The notes beneath the pieces are model-generated. The model was not told the origin of the DNA. It made no database searches and saw only the letters and a program-made list of their open reading frames with translations. A stretch of 64,000 nucleotides of DNA from NCBI GenBank assembly GCA_963816145.1, contig CAWFJP010000011.1:96001-160000 (forward strand), written 5' to 3'. The DNA is from an uncultured delta proteobacterium. Lineage in GTDB: Bacteria; Desulfobacterota; Binatia; UBA9968. A program made the translations under genes and the position numbers. Below are positions 19,748-29,145 of this stretch, piece after piece; positions within the stretch are counted from its first letter, which is position 1; every line of letters starts with the position of its first letter.

Positions 19748-20575
19748 ATGCCGGACCCCGCCCAAACTGCTACGGAATCGGAGCCAAGCCGAAACGGCTT
19801 TGTCATCAGGGTGCAAAACGCTTCCAAGGTCTTTCAAACGCCGAGCCAGGCCAACCTCGGCGCTCTGACGGGCATCGATTTGGACATTCGCGCCGGAGAG
19901 TTTGTCACCGTCGTAGGTCCCAGCGGCTGCGGCAAATCGACGCTGCTCAAACTCATCGCCGGTTTTTCGGCGTGCTCCGCAGGACGGATACTCTTTCAGG
20001 ACGAAGAGGTGCGCGGCCTCAATACCAAAGTCGGCTACGTTCCTCAGGAGAGCAAGCTATTTCCGTGGCTCACCGTTGAAGAGAATGTCGGTTTTGGCTT
20101 GAGTCCCAAACGTTATTCACGCGCCGATCGCGAGCGCCAAGTGAGTTATTTTATCAACCTCGCGGGGCTTTCCGGTTTCGAAAAATATTACCCGGCACAA
20201 CTCTCCGGCGGCATGGGCAAGCGCGCCTCCATCGTGCGCGCCCTTGCGTACGAGCCGCCTGTGATCCTAATGGACGAGCCCTTTGGCCCGCTTGACGCTC
20301 AGACGCGCATGGTGCTGCAAGACGAGCTGTTGAAAATCTGGGAGCAAAAGCGCCAGACCATTGTTTTCGTGACCCATGACTTGGTCGAAGCGGTCGCGCT
20401 CGCCGACCGCGTCGTGGTCATGACTCACCGACCGGGCAAAATCAAAGACGTCATTAAAGTGCCGATGGACCGGCCGCGTAATATCTTCGAAATCCATCGC
20501 CAACCGGGATTCGACGAAGCCTACAGCCGCTTGTGGACGATCTTCCGTCACGAACTCAACATCGGCGCACATTAG
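19748..20575 (+). CDS. ABC transporter ATP-binding protein (TauB/SsuB family)
   Basis: GPSGCGKS, LSGGM, LMDEPF, FVTHD. Confidence 0.95.
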   Translation: MPDPAQTATESEPSRNGFVIRVQNASKVFQTPSQANLGALTGIDLDIRAGEFVTVVGPSGCGKSTLLKLIAGFSACSAGRILFQDEEVRGLNTKVGYVPQESKLFPWLTVEENVGFGLSPKRYSRADRERQVSYFINLAGLSGFEKYYPAQLSGGMGKRASIVRALAYEPPVILMDEPFGPLDAQTRMVLQDELLKIWEQKRQTIVFVTHDLVEAVALADRVVVMTHRPGKIKDVIKVPMDRPRNIFEIHRQPGFDEAYSRLWTIFRHELNIGAH

Positions 20576-20587
20576 AAGAGAGTGAAC

Positions 20588-21448
20588 ATGCCGGAGGAAA
20601 TAAGCCAAACACGAACCCAGGGAACTTCCTCCGACACAGGCGCCGCCACGGCGGCCAAGTCACCGCTGACTATGCGCGGCGTGACGGTGACGCTACTGCG
20701 CACCGCCATCGTCGTCGGTTTTTTCTCTCTGTGGGAAATCGCGTCCGGCCGCTGGATCGAGCCCTTTCTGATCAGCAGCCCGAGTCGTATCTTCTCGTCG
20801 ATGTTGACCGGCTTCACCGACGGCGACCTGCTGCAACACACGTGGGTCACGTTTATCGAGATCGCCATCGGCTTTCCGATCGGTGCGATCTCGGGCATCG
20901 CCCTGGGATACGCCTTCGGGCGCAGCAAACTTCTCGCGGAAATTTTCGAACCAATCATCATCGCCCTCAACGGCATTCCCCGGACGGCTTTAGCCCCCCT
21001 GTTCATCGTCTGGCTCGGCATCGGCCTTTGGTCCAAAGTCGGCGTAGTTTTCCTGCTCACATTCTTTCTCAACTTCTTCAACACCTATACCGGCATGCGC
21101 CAGATGGATCATGAGTACGTCGATCTGGCGAGCCTGATGGGCGTCAAGGGATGGAAGTTGACGTTCAAGGTGATCTTTCCCGCGATCTCGCCCTATGTCT
21201 TTACCGGCATCCGCACAAGCATCCCCTTCGCTGTCATCGGCGCCATCGTCGGCGAATTCGTCGCCGCCACCGAAGGTGTCGGGTTTTTCATCCGCATGTC
21301 GGCGGGCATTTTCAAGACCGCCGATGTCTTTGTCGGCATCATCGTTCTAATGATCATGGTCATCATCATGGACAAATTTGCCGCCGCCATCGAGAAGCGG
21401 GCGCTGCGCTGGCAAACTCAAACCGAGCACATCCAAATCCAAGCTTGA
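20588..21448 (+). CDS. ABC transporter permease
   Basis: TM helices; IPRTALAPLFIVWLGIG, GAIVGEF. Confidence 0.92.
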   Translation: MPEEISQTRTQGTSSDTGAATAAKSPLTMRGVTVTLLRTAIVVGFFSLWEIASGRWIEPFLISSPSRIFSSMLTGFTDGDLLQHTWVTFIEIAIGFPIGAISGIALGYAFGRSKLLAEIFEPIIIALNGIPRTALAPLFIVWLGIGLWSKVGVVFLLTFFLNFFNTYTGMRQMDHEYVDLASLMGVKGWKLTFKVIFPAISPYVFTGIRTSIPFAVIGAIVGEFVAATEGVGFFIRMSAGIFKTADVFVGIIVLMIMVIIMDKFAAAIEKRALRWQTQTEHIQIQA

Positions 21449-21467
21449 AGCGAAAGGAGATTTTGCG

Positions 21468-22517
21468 ATGCAAAAACGATCTGTGTTCGCCGTTGGACTG
21501 AACGTCTTGGCTTTATTCGTAATCTTGGCGGGGCCAACCCGGCAAGCCGCGGCCCAACAAAAAGACATGCCCGAAGTGACCATGCTCACCGCCGTACCGA
21601 ACTTCGCCTTCGCCGCGATCTGGGTGGCGGAGCAGCTCAAATATTTCGAGCAGGAGGGCGTGCGCGTCAAAATCACTCCGGCGCCGAGCGGCTCGGTCTG
21701 TTTGAACGCCGTGGTCGGGCGCTCAATCAACTTCTGTGCATCCACGTCCGAGGGACTCGTCCTAGCACGGGCCGAAGGCGCCCCGGCAATCGCGATTCAA
21801 GCGCACAACCGCACCATGACGCTGGGCGTCGTCTTGCGCAAGGCGATCGTCGACAAACTTCGACTGACTCGCGAAAGTCCCATGCCCGCAAGGTTACAGG
21901 CGCTGACGCAGTTGGGCACCATCGGCGCCACCGGACCGGGAGCGGCCTCCGAGCAGGTCATAAAATTTCTTGTAAAAAAAGCCGGTGGAATCGGGACGAT
22001 ACTTAAGTTCGTTTATATTGGCGCCGCGGAACTTCCCCCGGCTCTAATGAACGACGTGATCGACGCCTACGCGCTTTCCCCTCCTTCAGCCGAAATCACC
22101 GAGGCAAGCGGTAAGGGCTATGTCCTGATTCCTCTGGGCAAGGGAGAAATACCGGAATTGACCGATTACCCCTATGAGGTTCTCATGGTGCGACCGGACT
22201 ATGTCGAGGCGAATCCGAAGATCGCCATGGCGGTGTCGCGGGCGATCTCGCGCGGCGGCGCGCTATTCCGTAATAAACCCGAGGAAGCAAAAGCCGCCCT
22301 GCGCAGCCACCGTCTCGGCGTTAAATTGGAAGAGAGCGTCTTCAATCTTTCTTACAACATGGTCGCCGGCGCCATGCCCCCCTGGGGAACCATGAGCCCT
22401 GCGGGATGGCAAAAGGTGATCAACTTCGCAACCGGCGCGGGTATTGTTAAAGAAGCTCAAGCTCCTTCGAACAAAGAGGGCGTACTCTGGACGAACAAAT
22501 ATGTCGGGAAACCTTAG
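21468..22517 (+). CDS. ABC transporter substrate-binding protein (NMT1-like)
   Basis: AAGGAG RBS, signal peptide, YFEQEGV motif; follows the ATPase and permease. Confidence 0.8.
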   Translation: MQKRSVFAVGLNVLALFVILAGPTRQAAAQQKDMPEVTMLTAVPNFAFAAIWVAEQLKYFEQEGVRVKITPAPSGSVCLNAVVGRSINFCASTSEGLVLARAEGAPAIAIQAHNRTMTLGVVLRKAIVDKLRLTRESPMPARLQALTQLGTIGATGPGAASEQVIKFLVKKAGGIGTILKFVYIGAAELPPALMNDVIDAYALSPPSAEITEASGKGYVLIPLGKGEIPELTDYPYEVLMVRPDYVEANPKIAMAVSRAISRGGALFRNKPEEAKAALRSHRLGVKLEESVFNLSYNMVAGAMPPWGTMSPAGWQKVINFATGAGIVKEAQAPSNKEGVLWTNKYVGKP

Positions 22518-22602
22518 CCGCTTTGATCAAATACGTGGCGTAGGGCGCTCGGGGAGAAAGACGGGGGAACCTGATGTCTTCGATCAGCCAATCACCTTGC
22601 AG

Positions 22603-23280
22603 TTAACGATATCCCATCGCGGCGAGAAAGTGCTTCAACGACGAGAACTTTAGGTAAGGATTGGTTTTCTTTTGCTCGCCGATCGTCGCGTGCGCCAGGC
22701 GCGCATAGTTGTGGCCGGGGAAGAGAATCGTGTCGTCCGGCAGCGCTGCCAGTTTTTGCGTCAAGCTGTAATACATCTGCTCGGCATTGCCGCCGGGGAA
22801 ATCGACGCGGCCGCAGGCGTCGATAAACATGGTATCGCCGGACACCACGCGGCCGTCGACCAGGAAGCATTGCGATCCCGGCGTGTGGCCGGGGGTGTGC
22901 ATGAGCTCGATCTCGATGCCCCCGACATTAATCTTGTCGCCGTGATCGGTTTTGATCAGATCCGATGCTACTAGGCCTTTGAGAAACTCGGCCTCGGCTT
23001 TGTGCACGACGACTTTGGCTTTGCACTTTTCTAAAAGCTCGCTCACGCCGTCGATCGCCATCCCGGCAAACCCGCCGCCGACATGATCCGGGTGCGTGTG
23101 GGTCACGAAGGCGTGAGTAATCTCCATGCCATCCTGCGCCGCGGTCTTGAGGATCGTGTCGATCTCCCACGCCGCATCGACCACGGCGACCTTGCGCGTC
23201 TCGGTGGAGCCGATGAGATACACGTAGTTCTGCATCGGACCGATTTCGAGCTGCTTAAAGTAAAGGGATGGATTCTTCAT
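22603..23280 (-). CDS. MBL-fold metallo-hydrolase (glyoxalase II / persulfide dioxygenase-like)
   Basis: THTHPDH, HTPGHT, SGDT, FPGH. Confidence 0.9.
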   Translation of the reverse strand: MKNPSLYFKQLEIGPMQNYVYLIGSTETRKVAVVDAAWEIDTILKTAAQDGMEITHAFVTHTHPDHVGGGFAGMAIDGVSELLEKCKAKVVVHKAEAEFLKGLVASDLIKTDHGDKINVGGIEIELMHTPGHTPGSQCFLVDGRVVSGDTMFIDACGRVDFPGGNAEQMYYSLTQKLAALPDDTILFPGHNYARLAHATIGEQKKTNPYLKFSSLKHFLAAMGYR

Positions 23281-23371
23281 GAAGAAGTCAGGAGACAGAA
23301 TCCAGAAGCCGGTAGATTCTCACTCGCGGCACGCGCCTTCTGAATTCTGACTTCTGGCTGCTGCCTCCAAA

Positions 23372-23815
23372 TTACTTTTTTACCTTCTCCGCCAACGAAG
23401 CATAGCTCACCCCATCGCCGTTATCGTGGCTCACCGGCAGCCCGGAGGCCGACCAGCCTGGCGCGATCGTCTTGCCCATCTGATCGCGCATGCCGCCGAA
23501 GCCGCCGAGCAAGTTGGCAATATCTCCATAACCGGCATCCACTAAGATACCCGCCGCCCGGGCCGAGCGCGCCCCCGATTGGCAACCGACGATGATTTTC
23601 TTGTCTTTGGCGAAGTTTCTCTCGACAACGCCGACAAAATCCGGATTCAACACCATGCCGCGCGCCGGATCGGCAAACGCCACGGGAATATTCACCGCTC
23701 CGGCCGGGTGACCATTGGCGAACTCCTGCGCCGTGCGCACATCGATGTAGACGGTGCTCTTATCGGCGCTCAGAGCTTCGTGCGCTTGTTGTGCCGTCAT
23801 CTCTTTGAATGCCAT
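23372..23815 (-). CDS. Rhodanese-like domain protein
   Basis: IDVRTAQEFANGHPAGAVNIP, active-site CQSGARS, LLGGF. Confidence 0.9.
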   Translation of the reverse strand: MAFKEMTAQQAHEALSADKSTVYIDVRTAQEFANGHPAGAVNIPVAFADPARGMVLNPDFVGVVERNFAKDKKIIVGCQSGARSARAAGILVDAGYGDIANLLGGFGGMRDQMGKTIAPGWSASGLPVSHDNGDGVSYASLAEKVKK

Positions 23816-23880
23816 AGTCACGACCAGATTCCGACGCGTTGAACTTTGAACCTGGAACCTTGCACGGCGCGCTTCGCGCG

Positions 23881-24651
23881 CTACATCCCCATTATATTGT
23901 AGCCGGCGTCGACATGCATCACTTCGCCGGTCACGGCACTGCCCCAATCGCTGCATAGATAGAGCGCGGTCTTGCCGACTTCTTCGGCGTCGATGTTTCT
24001 TTTCAACGGCGCGCGTTCGGCGACATGGTGCAGCATGGATTTGAAATCCGAGATGCCCGCCGCCGCCAGCGTGCGCAGCGGTCCGGCGGAGATCGCGTTG
24101 ACGCGAATGCCTTTGGGCCCGAGATCATGGGCCAAATAACGCACGCTTGCTTCCAGCGCCGCTTTCGCCACGCCCATGACATTGTAGTTGGGAATGACTT
24201 TTTCCGAGCCCATGTAGGTTAGCGTCAGCACCGCACCGTTGCGTCCTTCCATCAGTGGCGCGGCGTGGCGCGTCAGCGCGACTAGCGAATAGGCGCTCAC
24301 GTCCATTGCCAATTGAAATCCCGCCCGGCTGGTCTGCACATAGGGATTGGCTAGATCTTCCTTGTTGGCGAAAGCGATGGCATGGATCAAAATATCGAGC
24401 CCGCCCCATTCTTGCTTCAGCGTCGCGAAAACTTTCTCGACATCTTCGTCCTTGGTCACGTCGCAGGGCAAAATAATTCTCGCGCCGATCCCTTCGGCCA
24501 AGGGCCGCACGCGCTTCTCCAGCATCTCACCGGCGAAGGTAAACGCCAACTCCGCACTTTCGGCATGAAACGCCTCCGCGATCGCCCAGGCGATGCTCCG
24601 ATCGTTGGCCACGCCGAAAATCGCCGCTTTCTTGCCCTCAAGTAGTCCCAT
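23881..24651 (-). CDS. fabI: Enoyl-ACP reductase
   Basis: GVANDRSIAW, HAIAFA, YNVMGVAKAALE, NAISAGP, HVDAGY. Confidence 0.95.
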   Translation of the reverse strand: MGLLEGKKAAIFGVANDRSIAWAIAEAFHAESAELAFTFAGEMLEKRVRPLAEGIGARIILPCDVTKDEDVEKVFATLKQEWGGLDILIHAIAFANKEDLANPYVQTSRAGFQLAMDVSAYSLVALTRHAAPLMEGRNGAVLTLTYMGSEKVIPNYNVMGVAKAALEASVRYLAHDLGPKGIRVNAISAGPLRTLAAAGISDFKSMLHHVAERAPLKRNIDAEEVGKTALYLCSDWGSAVTGEVMHVDAGYNIMGM

Positions 24652-24701
24652 TTCATTCACCTTCTTAGAAAATTCCAACGCGCATCCGAGTTTTGACCTT
24701 T

Positions 24702-25313
24702 TTACTTTTTGCTTTTGCCTTGACCGCGCAGTCCGCGCTGCCAAAGGTACTCCGGTTCACCCATTTGATGGCTGATCCAGCGCGCCAAAACAAAAAACAA
24801 ATCGCTCAGCCGATTTAGATATTTGATCATGTCGTCATTGATGATTTCCTCGCGCGACAAGCGCAAGACATCCCGTTCGACACGCCGGCACACCGTGCGG
24901 CACTGGTGCAAATAGGCGCCAATGCGCCCGCCCCCCGGCAAGATAAACGATTGCAACGGTTCAAGATCCTTCTGACACTGGTCGATCCATTTTTCCAGCC
25001 GCTTGATCTCATCGGCGCCGACCCGATACATGCCTGCTTGGAAAAACTCCGGCGGCGTCGCCAGCTCGCTGCCGATATCGAACAGCTCGTCTTGGATCTG
25101 GCATAGCACCTCGTCGAGAAATCGATGCCCTTCGCCGGATTCACGGTCTTCCTCGTTGAACACCCGCGCCAGGCCGACAACGGAGTTGAGCTCGTCAACC
25201 GCGCCGTAAGCTTCCACCCGAAGCGAGTCCTTGGCGACGCGCTTGCCGCCGACCAGCGCGGTGTCGCCGCGATCGCCGGTGCGCGTGTAAACTTTATTGA
25301 TACGAACAGCCAT
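24702..25313 (-). CDS. ATP:cob(I)alamin adenosyltransferase, PduO type
   Basis: KVYTRTGDRGDT, EAYGAVDELNS, FILPGG, RTVCRR, YLNRLSDLFF. Confidence 0.93.
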   Translation of the reverse strand: MAVRINKVYTRTGDRGDTALVGGKRVAKDSLRVEAYGAVDELNSVVGLARVFNEEDRESGEGHRFLDEVLCQIQDELFDIGSELATPPEFFQAGMYRVGADEIKRLEKWIDQCQKDLEPLQSFILPGGGRIGAYLHQCRTVCRRVERDVLRLSREEIINDDMIKYLNRLSDLFFVLARWISHQMGEPEYLWQRGLRGQGKSKK

Positions 25314-25320
25314 GAAGATT

Positions 25321-25403
25321 AATGAATAGTTGACAATGGATAATTGATAATGGAAGCGAATTTGAGTCTGTCATTGCCAATTATCCATTATCAATTCTCA
25401 ATT
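25321..25403. repeat. 7-mer periodic hairpin (ATTGATA/TATCAAT)
   Basis: ttgacaatggataattgataatgga ... ttgccaattatccattatcaattctcaatt. Confidence 0.75.
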
Positions 25404-26772
25404 AAGCCTTCTGCGATTTACTGCGCCAAATCAAATAGGCTGGGATGCCTAAGCAAACGATGAAGAGTCCGATCAGCGATTCTTTAGGCTTCTCCGTCAC
25501 CGAGCCCCAGACGATCCAGAGATTCACCATGACAAAAAGTATCGGCACGACCGGATAACCCCAGAGTCGATAGGGCCGTTTGAGGTCCGGCCGTTTGAAA
25601 CGAAGCACGATCACCGAGCCCACGGTGAAGGCCGAAAACAGCGTGATCACCACGCTAACGTAGGTGAACAAAGTACCCCAGGTGTTGGTGAGAATCAGCA
25701 AACAACTCCACAATGCCTGCAGCAAAATCGCTTTGGTTGGTGTACCGAAATTGGGGTGAATATAAGTCAGCTGCTGAAAGAATACGCCATCCTTCGCCAT
25801 GGCGTAGTAGATTCGCGGCCCGATCATGGTTACGACGTTGAGCGCGCCCAGGATCGAAACGGTTATAATCCCAGTGATCCAAGCAGAGGTCTTATAGCCG
25901 AATAGCGCCGTAGTCGCGACTTCGGACATGCGCAGCGCGCCCTTCATCTCGGTGACCGGCACCGCATAGATGTAAACCGCGTTGATCGCCAAGTAGAGGA
26001 CGATTACGATCAAGACACCGTACATCAACGCTCGGGGTAGATTCCTATCAGGGTCTTTCACCTCGCCGGCGATATAGGTCACTGCGTTCCAGCCAGAATA
26101 AGCGAAGATCACCGGAATGAACGCCGCGCCGAATAAACTCGAGTTGCCGATTTTGTCCCAGTCGAAAAGCGGCTCGAAGTGACTGGTGTTGCCGTTGCCG
26201 AAAAAGACGCCGAGAAGAATGATCCCGAGGAGCGCACCGATCTTCAAGATCGTCAAGATATTCTGCGTCACAGTTCCTTGCCGGACGCCCAGACAGTGAA
26301 GTCCCGACAACAACAACACGATCCCCATGGAGAATAGCGTGCCGATTTTGACAGTGATCGGTATCACCGGTATCGCCAGGGAAAAGATAACGTCTTCGGA
26401 TCCTAAGATGGGGACGAAGAAAGACGTAAAGCCATTCAAAATAACCGACAGGAATGCGATGGCACCGGAAAAAGTCACGAGAAAAGAGGACCAACCGGAG
26501 AGAAATCCCATCAGTTGGCCGTAAGCCTCCCGGATGTAGATGTAGTCACCACCCGCATAGGGCAAGCTTGCGGCCAATTCAGCACAGGTGAGAGCGCCGG
26601 CGAGTGCGAGCAAACCGCCAAAAAGCCAAACAAGAAGTACCCCGCCGGGCGTCGGCAAGGTCTCCGCGATCGCCCCGGTAGAGATAAAAATTCCCGTGCC
26701 GATCATATCGCCGGCAATCAACATCACCGCGGAGAATAACCCAATTTGCCGTTTGAGTTCGGTTTGCGCCAT
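25402..26772 (-). CDS. APC family amino acid permease
   Basis: MIGTGIF, AELAASLPYAGG, FAYSGW, GEVKDP, RIYYAMA, RPYRLWGYP. Confidence 0.93.
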   Translation of the reverse strand: MAQTELKRQIGLFSAVMLIAGDMIGTGIFISTGAIAETLPTPGGVLLVWLFGGLLALAGALTCAELAASLPYAGGDYIYIREAYGQLMGFLSGWSSFLVTFSGAIAFLSVILNGFTSFFVPILGSEDVIFSLAIPVIPITVKIGTLFSMGIVLLLSGLHCLGVRQGTVTQNILTILKIGALLGIILLGVFFGNGNTSHFEPLFDWDKIGNSSLFGAAFIPVIFAYSGWNAVTYIAGEVKDPDRNLPRALMYGVLIVIVLYLAINAVYIYAVPVTEMKGALRMSEVATTALFGYKTSAWITGIITVSILGALNVVTMIGPRIYYAMAKDGVFFQQLTYIHPNFGTPTKAILLQALWSCLLILTNTWGTLFTYVSVVITLFSAFTVGSVIVLRFKRPDLKRPYRLWGYPVVPILFVMVNLWIVWGSVTEKPKESLIGLFIVCLGIPAYLIWRSKSQKA

Positions 26773-26897
26773 AACGATTACGCATACAGGGAAACGACAA
26801 AACAGGCAAATCTTATTCGAGCCGCGCTGCGCTTAATTCCGCGCCGTGGAAATGCTAATTCTTGTACTGCCCTGCCGCAGAATCTAAGGAGACGTTC

Positions 26898-27563
26898 ATG
26901 AGGTTGTTCCTGACTTTAGTTGGCTCGTTGCTCGCGGTTACCGTATATGCCCAAGACCCAGCCAAGCGCGATCAGCAGCAAATGCACCAGCTGCACAACG
27001 ATCCCAAAGCCTATATGAAGGCCTTAGAGGACCCCAAGCGCGATGAATATCAAAAACCGCATGAGGTGCTGACCGCGCTCAATATAAAGCCCGGTGAAGT
27101 GATCGCCGACATCGGCGCCGGCACGGGCTATTTCACCTTTCGTCTGGCGCACTTCGTCGGCGCCAAGGGCAAAGTCTACGCCGTCGACGTCAGTCCCGAT
27201 ATGATTCGCCATATCAACCGGCGCATACGCGAAACCAACGCGGCCAACGTCGTCTCGATCCTGGCCGAGCCCGACGACCCGCTTTTGGCGGACCGATCGG
27301 TGAATCGCATTTTCATCTGCGATGTCTGGCACCATGTCGAGAATCAGACGAAATATCTCTCGCTAATGAAGAAGATCCTCAAACCCGGCGGCGAGGTCGT
27401 GATGATCGACTTTCACAAAAAAGAACTGCCGGTCGGCCCGCCCATGCAAATGAAAGTCGCCCGCGAGGATCTCATCAAACAAATGGAAGCCAATGGCTTT
27501 CGCTTGGCAAAAGAACACACATTCCTGCCGCACCAGTATTTTTTGATCTTCGCTGCGAAATAG
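26898..27563 (+). CDS. Class I SAM-dependent methyltransferase with signal peptide
   Basis: IADIGAGTGYF, VYAVDV; N-terminal MRLFLTLVGSLLAVTVYA; AAGGAG RBS. Confidence 0.88.
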   Translation: MRLFLTLVGSLLAVTVYAQDPAKRDQQQMHQLHNDPKAYMKALEDPKRDEYQKPHEVLTALNIKPGEVIADIGAGTGYFTFRLAHFVGAKGKVYAVDVSPDMIRHINRRIRETNAANVVSILAEPDDPLLADRSVNRIFICDVWHHVENQTKYLSLMKKILKPGGEVVMIDFHKKELPVGPPMQMKVAREDLIKQMEANGFRLAKEHTFLPHQYFLIFAAK

Positions 27564-27642
27564 CAGCGCGGTCGTCAAATTTGCGAAATTTCGTAGGGAT
27601 GTATGGCATACACCCTCTTCTCAGCGTTCTTTATGGCGAGTT

Positions 27643-28737
27643 CTACCCGATGCCATAGAATCGGATCGCGTTCTGGTAAAGGATCGCGTCTTTGTCCAAT
27701 CCCGACAGTTCACCAGTCTCGATCAACTCGTCCAACTCTTTCGCACAGGTCGCGGCATTGACCTCATGGGGAAAATCGCTGGAGTACATGAACGGTTCGT
27801 TGCCGACCATTTGAACGGCTTTGCGGAGCAGCGGCTCGCCGCCCTCGCAGCCGACGAAGATTCGTCGCGCTTTGACATGGCTAATGATGTAGTCGCTGAC
27901 TTTTTCACCGGGCCGTAGTTTAAGATAACTGCCGCGCAGATCGCGCATAACGTGAGTGTCGTAGGATCGATCGAAGCGCTCGAGGCAAAATAGCAACCAA
28001 GCCACGCCGCCTTCGAGAAAACCGAAGCGAATCCTCGGGAACCGCTCCAACACTCCGTTGAAAACAATCGATGCCAACGAAATCATCTGGCCCAGCGGAT
28101 GGCCGATGGCGTGCACCGCCGCGTAGGGATCGAGGCCATCCATGCCCATGTTGCCATGGACACCGCCATGGATGGCGATGCAGCAGCCGAGTTCATCGGC
28201 GGCTTGATAAATGGGAAAGTATGTCGGCGTGCCCAACGGCGGCGCGTGCAAACTATTCGACGGCAATACCGTACCGCACATGCCCAGCTGGGTCACAGCG
28301 CGCCGCAGCTCAGCGGCCGCAGCCTGTGGATCGATCAGTGCTTGCGGCAGAAGCGCCAGGCCGCGAAAGCGCGAACTCGGCTTCAAGTATGTCTCGTGCA
28401 GCCAGTCATTGTACGCTCTTGTGGCATCGACGGCCCAATCCGGGTTGACGATGTTCGCCGAAGCCACGCCGGCGGTCGGATAGAGCACGGTCGCCTCGAT
28501 GCCAACCTCCTCCAAGAACGCCAGCCATTCTTTCGGCCCGACCTTCCGATTGAACGCCCCCGGCGGCATGTCCACCAGATGGCCGGCATGCAAATGATCG
28601 AAAGGCGGAAACGGATTGAACGGCTGCTCACGCGCCTTGTCTCGATAGGCCTGCGGCATCCGCGCAATGATCGCCGCCGCATCCTCAGCGACATGACCGT
28701 CAGCGTCGATGATCCGTCGTTTTTCTAGCGTCGCCAT
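27643..28737 (-). CDS. Amidohydrolase_2 family protein (hydrolase/decarboxylase/hydratase)
   Basis: IDADGH, RAYNDW, AIHG, FLEGG, SSDFPH, NAIRFY. Confidence 0.9.
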   Translation of the reverse strand: MATLEKRRIIDADGHVAEDAAAIIARMPQAYRDKAREQPFNPFPPFDHLHAGHLVDMPPGAFNRKVGPKEWLAFLEEVGIEATVLYPTAGVASANIVNPDWAVDATRAYNDWLHETYLKPSSRFRGLALLPQALIDPQAAAAELRRAVTQLGMCGTVLPSNSLHAPPLGTPTYFPIYQAADELGCCIAIHGGVHGNMGMDGLDPYAAVHAIGHPLGQMISLASIVFNGVLERFPRIRFGFLEGGVAWLLFCLERFDRSYDTHVMRDLRGSYLKLRPGEKVSDYIISHVKARRIFVGCEGGEPLLRKAVQMVGNEPFMYSSDFPHEVNAATCAKELDELIETGELSGLDKDAILYQNAIRFYGIG

Positions 28738-28780
28738 ACGCAGTCTCCTCTCTTTCTCGCAGGTGCTCCCATCTGGCACT

Positions 28781-29029
28781 TCTTATTTCCTCCCCCTCGA
28801 CGGGGGAGGATCAAGGTGGGGGTGCCCGACAATTTCAATAACGTGCGTAGCACCCCCATCCTAGCCTTCCCCCCTCGGAGACTGTGTCGCAATGCGCAAA
28901 CGCCCCACATCTGTCATCCCGAGCGCAGCGAGGGATCTCGTGTTTTCAGCCACATACGAAGAAGAGATTTCTCGGCTTCACCTCGAAATGACAGTTGCGA
29001 CACAGTCTGTCGAGGGGGAAGGAATAAGA
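28781..29029. repeat. Composite REP-like inverted pair with a 130-bp MITE-like element (28879..29008) inserted
   Basis: Outer near-perfect 21-bp IR tcttatttcctccccctcgac / gtcgagggggaaggaataaga; inner perfect 14-bp TIR agactgtgtcgcaa / ttgcgacacagtct; innermost tgtcatcccgag...gagatttctcgg...aaatgaca palindromes. Confidence 0.85.
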
Positions 29030-29145
29030 CGTTGAATCACGCCCTACGTCTGACATAACAAAGCTGCTAGTTCATGTTCAACGCGATTCGATCTTGCTTG
29101 TTTCGATCCCAACATCGTATACAACATCAATCTCGGAGGTCCTCC

